Position numbers and translations under genes: made by a program. Shown in pieces: positions 10,869-19,490 of a stretch of 64,000 nucleotides of DNA. Origin of the DNA: Patescibacteria group bacterium (GTDB lineage: Bacteria > Patescibacteriota > Minisyncoccia > Portnoybacterales > UBA2143). How positions within the stretch are numbered: position 1 is the stretch's first letter; each line of letters starts with the position of its first letter. The notes beneath the pieces are model-generated. The model did no database searches and was not told where the DNA came from. It saw only the letters and a list, made by a program, of their open reading frames with translations. The stretch lies in contig JAHJSM010000001.1 of assembly GCA_018830295.1 (NCBI GenBank), positions 321,980 to 385,979 of the forward strand. Direction: 5' to 3'.

Positions 10869-10882
10869 TAATGCAAATCGTC

Positions 10883-12799
10883 TTAATTATCTCGCGCTGC
10901 TGCCGCGAGGCGATTTTTTTCGTCAATACACGCAGTTGCTTTTGCTTTGGCTTCTTCTATTATTTCATTGGCAGCTTCTAATTCAGCGTAAATCGTGCCG
11001 GAATTAGGATAGGTTGGGTCTCCTATTTCTCCCGCGAGATCAGAGTACAACATTAGCACTTCCGTAAGAGCGTCATAAATTTCATCGGACAAGTCATCAA
11101 TTCTAGTCGCTGTTTCGTTAAGATTAACAGAGGTTAGAAGAGGGTTTAATACTATTAAAATATCTTGGACATCTCCAATAACAACCTCTTTCGCGACATC
11201 AATATCATCTTGCGCCGCGATTATTTCATCTGTTTCTATTCCTGAACTTTCTTCGTACAGAGCTTCCCATTCTCTTATTTCAACAATTAAATCTTCAACG
11301 GAAAACATAGCAACGCTAACTAATGAAATTGCTTCGTTAGCATTAAAAATATCTTCTTCTAATTGATTAATTTCTTCTTCAATAGAAGGCAAGATATTAT
11401 TAATAATTTCTGCTTTTGTGCTTGAAGCCCAAGTGTAATTATCTGCGATCACACCTGAACATTCCGCCATGGTTGTTTCCAAGAAAGGAATAGCGTCTTC
11501 ATAAGCGTCATAGACCAAATTCCACGCGACCAAGGTTTCTTCTTGCTTCGGAATGAGGTAATCATCAAGCGTTTCTTCAAGAGAATTTAAGTTAGTTATT
11601 AATTCGTTGGCGGACGCTTCAGCCGTGTAATTGTCCTCTGTGTCTACGATTTCAGGCAAATTTTCTGATTCGCCCGTATCGCCGTATTTGGGCGAAGGCA
11701 CAGCATCCGCCTGAAGAAGCCCTTTGCCTTCGGTAAGAATTCGGTTAATTAAAGCGTCGGCGATTGCTTGGATATATACCGCGTAAGGTCCTGTTTTTGA
11801 CAATGCCGCTCCTATATATGTGTTCATTTTATCAAAAGCGGTAGTGACTGATTTACTGGCAACATCCTTTACCACCGAAGCAGGAGTATTGATTTGGCAT
11901 ATTTTAGAACAAGGCGCGGTGTATCCTGCTGTAGTAAACCCTTTATTATTTGGGTCTGGCTGGCAATCACTAGGCAGAGACGGCGAACCCCAGACATCTG
12001 TTTGCGTTTCAACTAAATCTCCATCCGCGCTATACCAATAGCAATCCTTGGGACTTAAAAATCCTTCGCCCATTTCTAAATCCTTTTGCGCGTTATTTAT
12101 TTCTTGCGTCATAACTCTTACTTTTTCGTCTTTGGCGAGTAGATAAGCTCCCGCAAAAGTGTTTTGCGGTTTCGTCAATTCAATCCATCCCTTCCATCCG
12201 CCGGTCGTAAAGTCGTCATAAAAATCATCTATATTATCCACAATATCCGTAAGCGTGCATTCGGCTTCGGTTTCAAATGTTGGCACATCCCTTAAAGCGA
12301 TTTTTATATCCAGATCAAACGGTTCGCAAAGCCACCCCGCGCCTAAATATTGGTCAACAAAATTTCCACCAGCGTTATTAGCCGCTCTTCCTAGCCAATC
12401 ATCCAGCCCTTCAGATAAAAATCTTGGTTCTGTCCCGTTTTGAATCCACGCGGTAATATCGTTCGTTAATTGGGCGAGTATTTGATGCAAAAGGACATTC
12501 AAGAGAACCGCGGCCGCCCAGGTAATAAGATCTTGCGCTTTCTTCCAAATAGTCCAAGCCGCTATTGTTTTTAAAGAAAGATCGGACAATTTGTCGTACG
12601 AGCTTTTGATATAATTCCACACATTGTCCAATACGGTTTGGAAGACGGTTGTCCATGACAATGACTCGGTATTTGTAACGGGTATTGCCGCCGCTTTTTT
12701 AGGAATAAGAAAAACTGCTCCCATTACTGAAAAAAGCAAGCAAACAATTAAAGCTGTGGAAGTAAATTTTTGTAAAATTGTTTTTTGAAAAAATATCAT
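10883..12799 (-). CDS. Large secreted/membrane protein with acidic coiled-coil C-terminus, T4SS-like locus
   Basis: Signal peptide, Cys pairs, 'GGWKGW' motif, long acidic helical tail. Confidence 0.6.
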   Translation of the reverse strand: MIFFQKTILQKFTSTALIVCLLFSVMGAVFLIPKKAAAIPVTNTESLSWTTVFQTVLDNVWNYIKSSYDKLSDLSLKTIAAWTIWKKAQDLITWAAAVLLNVLLHQILAQLTNDITAWIQNGTEPRFLSEGLDDWLGRAANNAGGNFVDQYLGAGWLCEPFDLDIKIALRDVPTFETEAECTLTDIVDNIDDFYDDFTTGGWKGWIELTKPQNTFAGAYLLAKDEKVRVMTQEINNAQKDLEMGEGFLSPKDCYWYSADGDLVETQTDVWGSPSLPSDCQPDPNNKGFTTAGYTAPCSKICQINTPASVVKDVASKSVTTAFDKMNTYIGAALSKTGPYAVYIQAIADALINRILTEGKGLLQADAVPSPKYGDTGESENLPEIVDTEDNYTAEASANELITNLNSLEETLDDYLIPKQEETLVAWNLVYDAYEDAIPFLETTMAECSGVIADNYTWASSTKAEIINNILPSIEEEINQLEEDIFNANEAISLVSVAMFSVEDLIVEIREWEALYEESSGIETDEIIAAQDDIDVAKEVVIGDVQDILIVLNPLLTSVNLNETATRIDDLSDEIYDALTEVLMLYSDLAGEIGDPTYPNSGTIYAELEAANEIIEEAKAKATACIDEKNRLAAAARDN

Positions 12800-13773
12800 T
12801 TTTGACGACTTTCTAAATCTACCACTATCTCCTCAATCAAACTGCGTAAGTTTTTAGCAGTTTCTTCAAATTTTTTCAAAATAAGTATTCCCTTAAGAGG
12901 GTCTTTTTCATGTTCAGGAATATGCTGATAAACTTTAGACATTGACCAAAAAACAGAAAGCGTCTTTTTGTGAATATCAACCCAGTCCAAAGGAATTGGC
13001 TCGTTTAATATTGCTTGGTATGATTGTAAATAACTTTCCGCCAAGCAATCAGCTCCCTCAAAATTATTTGTTTCAATAAATTTTTGAATAATATCGGCAT
13101 CGTCCCCAATGCTTACTATTGGGCATTTCACGATATCTTTTGTCCTGTCTTGAAGTCGTCCGGCATAATTGCGAATAGCGTCTAAATTATTCTCTTTTGT
13201 GGTTTGGAATTCAAAACCTTCCTTTTGGTAAGAAGGGATAAACTCTGATAAAAAATTAGCGGAGGATTTTCGTAGGGCTTTAGCGACATTTTCATCTGCC
13301 GCTTCTTCAACTGTTTTTTCTAACAAAGCGAGATCTTGAATATTGGGCAAACCAAAAGAATCATTGCTCATTTGTTTGCCTATAAGATAAGTCAACATTT
13401 GGCTTAAATTTCCAGGGTCTGGTCTTTCCATTTTTTTGCTGTCGCTTTTATCCGCGCTCGCTAATTTATCATCAGGCGCTTTTTTGAGTGGGTCGTATCC
13501 GGAGGCAACTTCTTCTCCGTCCGAATAACCGTCTCCATCCGTATCTGGATTGCGAGGGTCTGTTTTATGAATTTTTTCTTCCCAGTCATCTAACCCGTCA
13601 TGGTCTGGGTCATTAGTCATGCTTTCAGCGCTTAAATTTTGGGTGATAAGTTGTTCAAGAAAATTAGCCCGGCTTGATTTGCTTTTCAAAACCAAATATC
13701 CGCCGACGGATATGCCCGCTAGCAATGTCAAAACGACCGCAATGATATAAAACTTTCTTTTAAACTGGTTCAT
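12796..13773 (-). CDS. Membrane-anchored protein with thrombospondin type-3-like Ca-binding repeat
   Basis: 'DPDHDGLDDWEE...TDPRNPDTDGDGYSDGEEV..GYDP'; start moved to the ATG at 13773, which lies 7 nt after a TATAAT. Confidence 0.75.
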   Translation of the reverse strand: MNQFKRKFYIIAVVLTLLAGISVGGYLVLKSKSSRANFLEQLITQNLSAESMTNDPDHDGLDDWEEKIHKTDPRNPDTDGDGYSDGEEVASGYDPLKKAPDDKLASADKSDSKKMERPDPGNLSQMLTYLIGKQMSNDSFGLPNIQDLALLEKTVEEAADENVAKALRKSSANFLSEFIPSYQKEGFEFQTTKENNLDAIRNYAGRLQDRTKDIVKCPIVSIGDDADIIQKFIETNNFEGADCLAESYLQSYQAILNEPIPLDWVDIHKKTLSVFWSMSKVYQHIPEHEKDPLKGILILKKFEETAKNLRSLIEEIVVDLESRQK

Positions 13774-13825
13774 TGATAGTATTATACAATACTTTACAGC
13801 ATTTCCCAAGTTCGTTCTTTTTACT

Positions 13826-13834
13826 TATCCACAG
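13826..13834 (+). promoter_or_regulatory. Isolated DnaA-box consensus (TTATCCACA)
   Basis: Perfect 9-mer between divergent promoters. Confidence 0.35.
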
Positions 13835-13870
13835 CGTGACAAGGAAAAATTCATTTTTGGGTCGCGGGGC

Positions 13871-13900
13871 TTGACAAAACATTGCTCTTGCGGTTATAAT
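13871..13900 (+). promoter_or_regulatory. Sigma70 promoter
   Basis: TTGACA-18 nt-TATAAT upstream of the 13948 ORF. Confidence 0.7.
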
Positions 13901-13947
13901 AAGGAAAATAAATTTTCTTTAACATTTTACATAAGGAGGCGGAGACA

Positions 13948-14625
13948 ATGGATAGATTAATAAAAAGATTTTCGTTTTTAGTTTTTTTGGCGCTTTTGCC
14001 TTTAGTAATAACGGGCTGCGCTGAAACACTTCTTGCCACCAGTTTGGGAGTAGCCGCGTGGCAAGGACATCGGATAGAAACTGATGCTGACGCGGAAGAT
14101 GTGGCTAAAGTCGACATAGATCAGACCGAAACGGCGGCGATGGCGGTTGCTGAAGAAATGGGAATTACCATATCAGGAAGAGAACAGGAAAAAATAGGAG
14201 AAGTTTTGCTTATCGGAAGTTCGCCTCGTCATGAGAAAGTTCATATTATCCTTTCGTCGTTTTCTAATAAAATGACGAAAGTTCAAGCCAGGGCGAGAAA
14301 AAGCAAAATAGGTATCCCTTTTACTCGTAACAAGGACTATACTTACGCGGAAGAAATCGTTAAAGCGATTAAGGAAAAATGTCGCGGTGGAACAATCGCT
14401 AATAAAGGCGATTCTGATGTTGTTGACGCAGTCACAGGGGCGACAATTCAAATCAGCAATATCCGCGAAGGACCGGGCGCGAATTACAAAATTGTCGCGG
14501 TCGCGCCGAAGGGCGCCGAGTTAATTTTCCTCAATGAAGAGGGAAATTGGCTAAAAGTTAAATTAGTAAAAACTGGACGAATCGGGTATATTTACAATAC
14601 TCTTGTTCGTCCAAACGGGATTTAA
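13948..14625 (+). CDS. Lipoprotein (DUF3568-like) with C-terminal bacterial SH3 domain
   Basis: Lipobox ITGC; C-terminal 'NIREGPG..Y.IV...KG..L.....GNWLKV....G..GYI' SH3b motif; SD AAGGAGG. Confidence 0.75.
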   Translation: MDRLIKRFSFLVFLALLPLVITGCAETLLATSLGVAAWQGHRIETDADAEDVAKVDIDQTETAAMAVAEEMGITISGREQEKIGEVLLIGSSPRHEKVHIILSSFSNKMTKVQARARKSKIGIPFTRNKDYTYAEEIVKAIKEKCRGGTIANKGDSDVVDAVTGATIQISNIREGPGANYKIVAVAPKGAELIFLNEEGNWLKVKLVKTGRIGYIYNTLVRPNGI

Positions 14626-14641
14626 TGGAATCGGTTAATAG

Positions 14642-14677
14642 GCGCTGGGATTCAAAAAAATCATCCCAGCGCTTTTT
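14642..14677 (+). terminator. Intrinsic terminator
   Basis: GCGCTGGGAT/ATCCCAGCGC stem followed by a T-run. Confidence 0.75.
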
Positions 14678-14767
14678 CATTTTCTATTTTTCTTGACATA
14701 TTCATTAAAATACTGTATGACTAAACCAGTAACTTAACAACTAAACTTAAGAAAAGGGGGTATAGAT

Positions 14768-15370
14768 ATGAAAAGATTAAGATTTTTGACAATAGCAGCA
14801 ATAGTGGCAATGGCGCTTTTCCCAATTTATTGTTTCGCGGGAGGTCTCCCCTCCCCAAAGCCGGGGATGGTTATTATCGCGAACGCGACAAAAGCAGATA
14901 GAGAAATATGGCTTTTCGCTGGCTCTTACGGCGTTGACGACCTAAAGACCTGCGACGAAAGAGGGAATCAGGTCTTTGCTGTTTCTCCTTTGAAATTGCT
15001 TCAAATAGGAGGAAGAGACCTTATCTTCAAGTCGGAGGAAATTATTTCTCCCCAAACGCGAGGACAATGGAGGAGTAATTTCATTCTTCCTTGTAGTTAT
15101 ATGAGATTTAAGGGCGGCAAAATGGCGAGTCAAACGGCTGTTGTTTATCTCAAGCCGAACAGTCGCTATACTCTTTATGTCCGCGACTTGCGGGTAAACG
15201 GCGCGTTTTTAGGCGAGAGGGCGATTTTTGTTAAGACAAGTTATAACGCCACTCGTGATTCGTGCAAATCCTACCTCGGAACAATTTGGGCAGACGAAAT
15301 CATTGACTTGCCCGATGTCGACACAAGCGGTCCAGCGAGATTCGGAATTAAAATCCAAATTGAACCGTAA
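14768..15370 (+). CDS. Secreted hypothetical protein
   Basis: Signal peptide; SD AAGGGGG. Confidence 0.65.
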   Translation: MKRLRFLTIAAIVAMALFPIYCFAGGLPSPKPGMVIIANATKADREIWLFAGSYGVDDLKTCDERGNQVFAVSPLKLLQIGGRDLIFKSEEIISPQTRGQWRSNFILPCSYMRFKGGKMASQTAVVYLKPNSRYTLYVRDLRVNGAFLGERAIFVKTSYNATRDSCKSYLGTIWADEIIDLPDVDTSGPARFGIKIQIEP

Positions 15371-15385
15371 AAAAGGAGGTAAAAA

Positions 15386-15910
15386 ATGAAAAGCATTCTC
15401 GTGATATTTTTTCTTGGTTGTTTCGCGGCGTGCGCTTATCAGTCGCCACCAATCATATACAAATCGCAAAACCCGAGGATTGTTATTAAAGAAATTCCTA
15501 CAGGCGAAAAAGCAGAACAGAAGGAAGAATTTTTTGAGACATCTTATGTTTATCCAGACCTAACGAGGGGATGTATAGAAAATCAGGCGTTCCCGTATAT
15601 TCCGAAGGTTTTTCTAATAGCAAACGGGCAAAGAATTACCCTAATCGGACCAGAAACAGGTCCGCCAGAATTCAATCCAAACGAAATCAGAGAATTCAAT
15701 CTTCCTCCCGGCGAGCACTTTCTCCACATTGAGAGATGGCAATATTTTTCCGCCTACGGAGGATGGAAAAAAATTCCAAAAACGGAAATAATTAAAGTTT
15801 CAGTCGCTCAATTTAAAGAGGACGATTTAAGCAGATGGGCGACCGAGTACTACGGCTGGCGCGTGATTGTCTATGACAAGCGCACAACCGTTTACGGTGG
15901 GTACCAATAA
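15386..15910 (+). CDS. Hypothetical lipoprotein
   Basis: Signal peptide with FAAC lipobox; SD AAGGAGGT. Confidence 0.65.
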   Translation: MKSILVIFFLGCFAACAYQSPPIIYKSQNPRIVIKEIPTGEKAEQKEEFFETSYVYPDLTRGCIENQAFPYIPKVFLIANGQRITLIGPETGPPEFNPNEIREFNLPPGEHFLHIERWQYFSAYGGWKKIPKTEIIKVSVAQFKEDDLSRWATEYYGWRVIVYDKRTTVYGGYQ

Positions 15911-15920
15911 CAGGCGATTA

Positions 15921-15953
15921 AGGGACAGTCCCTCGCGACGAGGGACTGTCCCT
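15921..15953. repeat. Family A palindromic doublet (GGGACWGTCCC x2)
   Basis: AGGGACAGTCCCTCG-cga-CGAGGGACTGTCCCT, perfect 15-bp arms. Confidence 0.9.
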
Positions 15954-15966
15954 GTCATAATCTTTA

Positions 15967-16001
15967 GCCCTGATTTGGCAGAATAAATCAGGGCTTTTTT
16001 T
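15967..16001 (+). terminator. Intrinsic terminator
   Basis: GCCCTGATTT/AAATCAGGGC stem followed by T7. Confidence 0.75.
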
Positions 16002-16086
16002 ATTTTCTTATTTGGCAGTTTTAAACAAAGGTGATAAAATTTAAATCCAAGGTCAGATCTCAAGTGTATAATTGAGATTATAGAAT

Positions 16087-16746
16087 ATGTCATCTTTTTC
16101 CCTTAAAATTATCGCCGTAATTACTATGGTCGCGGACCATGTCGGTTTTTTGTTCTTTCCTCATATATTATGGCTAAGAATTATAGGAAGAATTTCATTG
16201 CCAATTTTTGCGTTTCTTATAGGCGAAGGCTATGAAAAAACGAGCAATGTAAAAAAATATTTTTTTCGTCTTGCAATATTTGCCCTTATCTCTTTTGTGC
16301 CGCATTATTTCCTTTTTAAGGTCGGCAGCGCTCCGTACTCAGGAGGATTTAATATATTTTTTACGCTTACCGCTGGATTATTAGGACTAATTGCATTAAA
16401 TCGATACTCTACTTTTACGGGCATAACCGCGCTAATTGGGATAGCAACAGTTGCAGAGTTGCTGCGGTTTGATTACGGAGCATACGGAGTGCTCCTTATC
16501 TGCGCTTTGCGCGGGTTTAGACGCCACAAGATTAGAGATATTGCTTTTGTTGTTATTTTAATCGCGATTTCAGTCTCATTCAAAATTCCACCTGGAACAA
16601 ATTCACTGCAATATTTTTCTCTATTTGCTTTACTCCCTATTTTTTTCTACAACGGCGCTCACGGTATGCGTTTTCCCCGCATGTGGTTTTACTGGTTCTA
16701 TCCGGCGCACATTCTAATTCTTATATTCTTAAAAATTTATATGTAA
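16087..16746 (+). CDS. traX: TraX family (pilin acetyltransferase-like) membrane protein
   Basis: 'LKIIAVITM..DH', 'GRI.LPIFAFL..EG...T', 'DYG..G', 'FYWFYPAH' TraX motifs. Confidence 0.85.
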   Translation: MSSFSLKIIAVITMVADHVGFLFFPHILWLRIIGRISLPIFAFLIGEGYEKTSNVKKYFFRLAIFALISFVPHYFLFKVGSAPYSGGFNIFFTLTAGLLGLIALNRYSTFTGITALIGIATVAELLRFDYGAYGVLLICALRGFRRHKIRDIAFVVILIAISVSFKIPPGTNSLQYFSLFALLPIFFYNGAHGMRFPRMWFYWFYPAHILILIFLKIYM

Positions 16747-17565
16747 TAATCCAATCCAATCTTCAATCGTTAACCTTTCGGCCCTGATTTGAACATCTAA
16801 ACCAAGTTCAATCAGGGCTTTTTTTATTTCCTCTTTATTAATTTTTAGCTTTTCCGATAAATTATTCGCCAACTGCTTGCGCGGTCTGGAAAATCCCGCT
16901 TTAACTAAGCGGAAAAATTTTTTCATATCAATATCTTTTGGCTTGCGGATATCGCTAATTTTGACAACAGCCGAATCAACTTTTGGTTTGGGCCAAAACG
17001 ATTGTTTTGGAACATCATAAAGAAGTTCAGGACGGCTATATATTTGAACGGAGACCGAGAGCAGGGTCATTTTACCTTGTGAGGCGCATATTCTCCGCGC
17101 GACTTCTCTTTGCATTAAGAAAATAATTGTTCGCGGAGGATTTTCCGATTCCAGCAATTTTCTAATAAGAAAAGAAGTTAAATAATATGGAATATTAGCG
17201 ACAATTTTGTAGGGCGCGGAGATAATGGGGGCTGCCCCCGCGGCGGGGGCAGCCCCCATTATCTTCAAAATATCACCAACTATAATTTCTACATTATCCA
17301 AATCGCCCAAATTTTCTTTTAGTATCTCGGCGACTTTTTTATCTTTTTCCACGGCGATTACTTTTTTCGCTTTTTGGGCTATTTTCCTCGTCAAGGCGCC
17401 TAAGCCAGGTCCGACCTCCAGAACAATATCCTCCGAAGAAATTTCGGCCGCCTTAACCATCTGGTCAACCACTCCTTCGTCAACCAAAAAATTCTGCCCC
17501 AGGACTTTGTTGGGACGGATGTTGTATTGTTTGAGGAGTTTTTTAATATTATTTTTAGTTTTCAT
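16729..17565 (-). CDS. rsmA: 16S rRNA m6,2A dimethyltransferase KsgA/RsmA
   Basis: 'LGQNFL', 'LEVGPGLG', 'VANIPYY', 'F.PKPKVDS'; contains an in-frame palindrome insert. Confidence 0.95.
   Translation of the reverse strand: MKTKNNIKKLLKQYNIRPNKVLGQNFLVDEGVVDQMVKAAEISSEDIVLEVGPGLGALTRKIAQKAKKVIAVEKDKKVAEILKENLGDLDNVEIIVGDILKIMGAAPAAGAAPIISAPYKIVANIPYYLTSFLIRKLLESENPPRTIIFLMQREVARRICASQGKMTLLSVSVQIYSRPELLYDVPKQSFWPKPKVDSAVVKISDIRKPKDIDMKKFFRLVKAGFSRPRKQLANNLSEKLKINKEEIKKALIELGLDVQIRAERLTIEDWIGLLHINF
17220..17264. repeat. Family C palindromic doublet, in frame inside rsmA
   Basis: AGATAATGGGGGCTGCCCCCG-cgg-CGGGGGCAGCCCCCATTATCT, perfect 21-bp arms; reads IMGAAPAAGAAPII in RsmA. Confidence 0.9.
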
Positions 17566-19483
17566 ATCTATATTCTACCAATTCTTCCGGAATGTTGGAA
17601 ATAAATCGCGAGGGCGGGTTCGCCATCGTTTGTCCATAGAGGCATCGGCGCGCGGCGAAGGTTAGATACGCCTTTTGTTTGGCTCGGGTAATTCCGACAT
17701 AGCAGAGCCGCCTTTCTTCTTCTATTTGTTCGGTCGCCAGCAAACTTCTTGAATGGGGAAAAATTCCTTCTTCGCAGCCGACAATAAAAACAACGGGAAA
17801 TTCCAATCCTTTAGCGCAATGGAGGGTCATTAAATTGATTATTCCCTTCTCTCGCGAGAGTTCATCCGCCCCAGTGAGCAAAATAATTTCTTCTAAAAAT
17901 TGTTCTAGTCCTTTTTCTTTTTCAAGCGAATCATATTTGCCAGCAATCGTAAGGAGTTCTTGAATATTTTCCCATCGTCTCTCCCCTTCTTCCGTTGTCG
18001 GCGAAATCTTTCTGACATAATTTTCGTATTCGGTCTTGTTAATAATTATTTTAATCAATTCTGTCAGCGGTTCTTTTTGGCTCGCGTCTTTGAGTTCGTT
18101 GATTAGTTGAGCGAAATTTTTAATTTTGGCGTTTTTGCTTTCAAAAACCATGCTCGCTCTATCGGAAATTTCCTTTTGGACGGTAATTTTGCCGATGCCT
18201 CGCGGCGGAGTATTGATAACTCTTTTCAATCCAGCCAAGTCATCTGGGTTGGAGATTATTTTCAAGTAAGCCAAAATGTCTTTAACCTCTTTTCTTTCGT
18301 AAAACCTGACAGAGCCAACAATTTTATAAGGTAAGCCCGCCTTAAGAAATGCCTCTTCAATCGCGCGTGATTGGGCGTTGGTTCTGTAAAGGACAGCAAA
18401 GTCGTTTAAATTAAGCCCTTCCGCGCTCATCAATCCCACTATTTCCTCAATTAAAAAATCGCCTTCTTCTGTTTCGTTATTTGTTTGAATGATATTAATG
18501 AGCGCGCCTTCTGGATTTCTGGTCCAAAGTTTTTTTTCTTTGCGTTGAGTGTTTTTGGCAATAATGTGATGGCTCGCTTCTAAAATATTTTTAGTTGAAC
18601 GATAATTTTCTTCAAGCAAGACCAATTTTGCTTCAGGATAATTCTTTTCAAAATTAAGAATATTTCTAAAATCAGCTCCGCGCCAACTATAAATACTTTG
18701 GTCAGTGTCGGCGATAAACCAAAGATTTTTGTGCTTTTCGGCAAGCATTTTTATGAGCGCGTATTGGCTAAAATTCGTGTCATGCGCCTCGTCAACCGAA
18801 AGATACTGCCATTTGTTTTGGTATTTTTCCAAAACCGATGGGTTTTCTCTCAAGAGTTTTTCGGTCAGCATAATTAAGTCGTCAAAATCAAGGGCGTTGG
18901 ATTTTTTGAGCGCCGCTTGATACGCTAAATATATTTTAGCGACGGTTTTTGGAAAATATTCTCGCGCTTGTTCCGCGTAAGAGTTGGCGTCTATTAATTC
19001 ATCTTTGGCGCGCGAAATCGCCGCTTGAACGGAGGCGGGTTTGAATTGGTCAGGGCTAATTTCCAAGTCCTTAATTGCTTTTTTAATTAAAGAAAGTTGA
19101 TCGGTCGTGTCATAAATAACAAAATTATTTTTGTATCCCTCTTTACCGTCAAGAGAAAGTTTGCCGATGTCTCGTCTCAAAATTCTTAAACAAATAGAAT
19201 GAAAAGTGCCGATAGTGGGTTCGGGGACAGTCCCCTTTCTTGGGGACTGTCCCCAGTCGTCAAGTAATTTCCTTACCCGATCCCTCATTTCTTCGGCGGC
19301 CTTGTTGGTAAAAGTAACGGCTAATATATTTTCTGGGTAAATTCCTTTTTGAATTAAATAAACAATGCGATGAGTCAGGCATCTTGTTTTACCCGAACCA
19401 GGACCCGCGATAACTAAAACCGGCCCCCTTGTCGCGGCGGCCGCCTCCCTCTGTTTTGGATTGAGAGATGATAAAATATCCAT
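17555..19483 (-). CDS. pcrA: ATP-dependent DNA helicase PcrA/UvrD
   Basis: 'LNPKQ', 'AGPGSGKT', 'TFTNKAA', 'GTFHS', 'ENYRS', 'LYRTNAQSR', 'EERRL.YVGITRA'; start set at MDILSSL. Confidence 0.95.
   Translation of the reverse strand: MDILSSLNPKQREAAAATRGPVLVIAGPGSGKTRCLTHRIVYLIQKGIYPENILAVTFTNKAAEEMRDRVRKLLDDWGQSPRKGTVPEPTIGTFHSICLRILRRDIGKLSLDGKEGYKNNFVIYDTTDQLSLIKKAIKDLEISPDQFKPASVQAAISRAKDELIDANSYAEQAREYFPKTVAKIYLAYQAALKKSNALDFDDLIMLTEKLLRENPSVLEKYQNKWQYLSVDEAHDTNFSQYALIKMLAEKHKNLWFIADTDQSIYSWRGADFRNILNFEKNYPEAKLVLLEENYRSTKNILEASHHIIAKNTQRKEKKLWTRNPEGALINIIQTNNETEEGDFLIEEIVGLMSAEGLNLNDFAVLYRTNAQSRAIEEAFLKAGLPYKIVGSVRFYERKEVKDILAYLKIISNPDDLAGLKRVINTPPRGIGKITVQKEISDRASMVFESKNAKIKNFAQLINELKDASQKEPLTELIKIIINKTEYENYVRKISPTTEEGERRWENIQELLTIAGKYDSLEKEKGLEQFLEEIILLTGADELSREKGIINLMTLHCAKGLEFPVVFIVGCEEGIFPHSRSLLATEQIEEERRLCYVGITRAKQKAYLTFAARRCLYGQTMANPPSRFISNIPEELVEYRYEN
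19223..19254. repeat. Family A palindromic doublet, in frame inside pcrA
   Basis: GGGGACAGTCCCC-tttctt-GGGGACTGTCCCC; encodes WGQSPRKGTVP just before 'TIGTFH'. Confidence 0.9.
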
Positions 19484-19490
19484 TGCTAAT

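Noticed and set aside
13948-16746. Integron cassette array
   Set aside because: No intI gene, no convincing RYYYAAC/GTTRRRY attC pairs, and the genes carry their own promoters.
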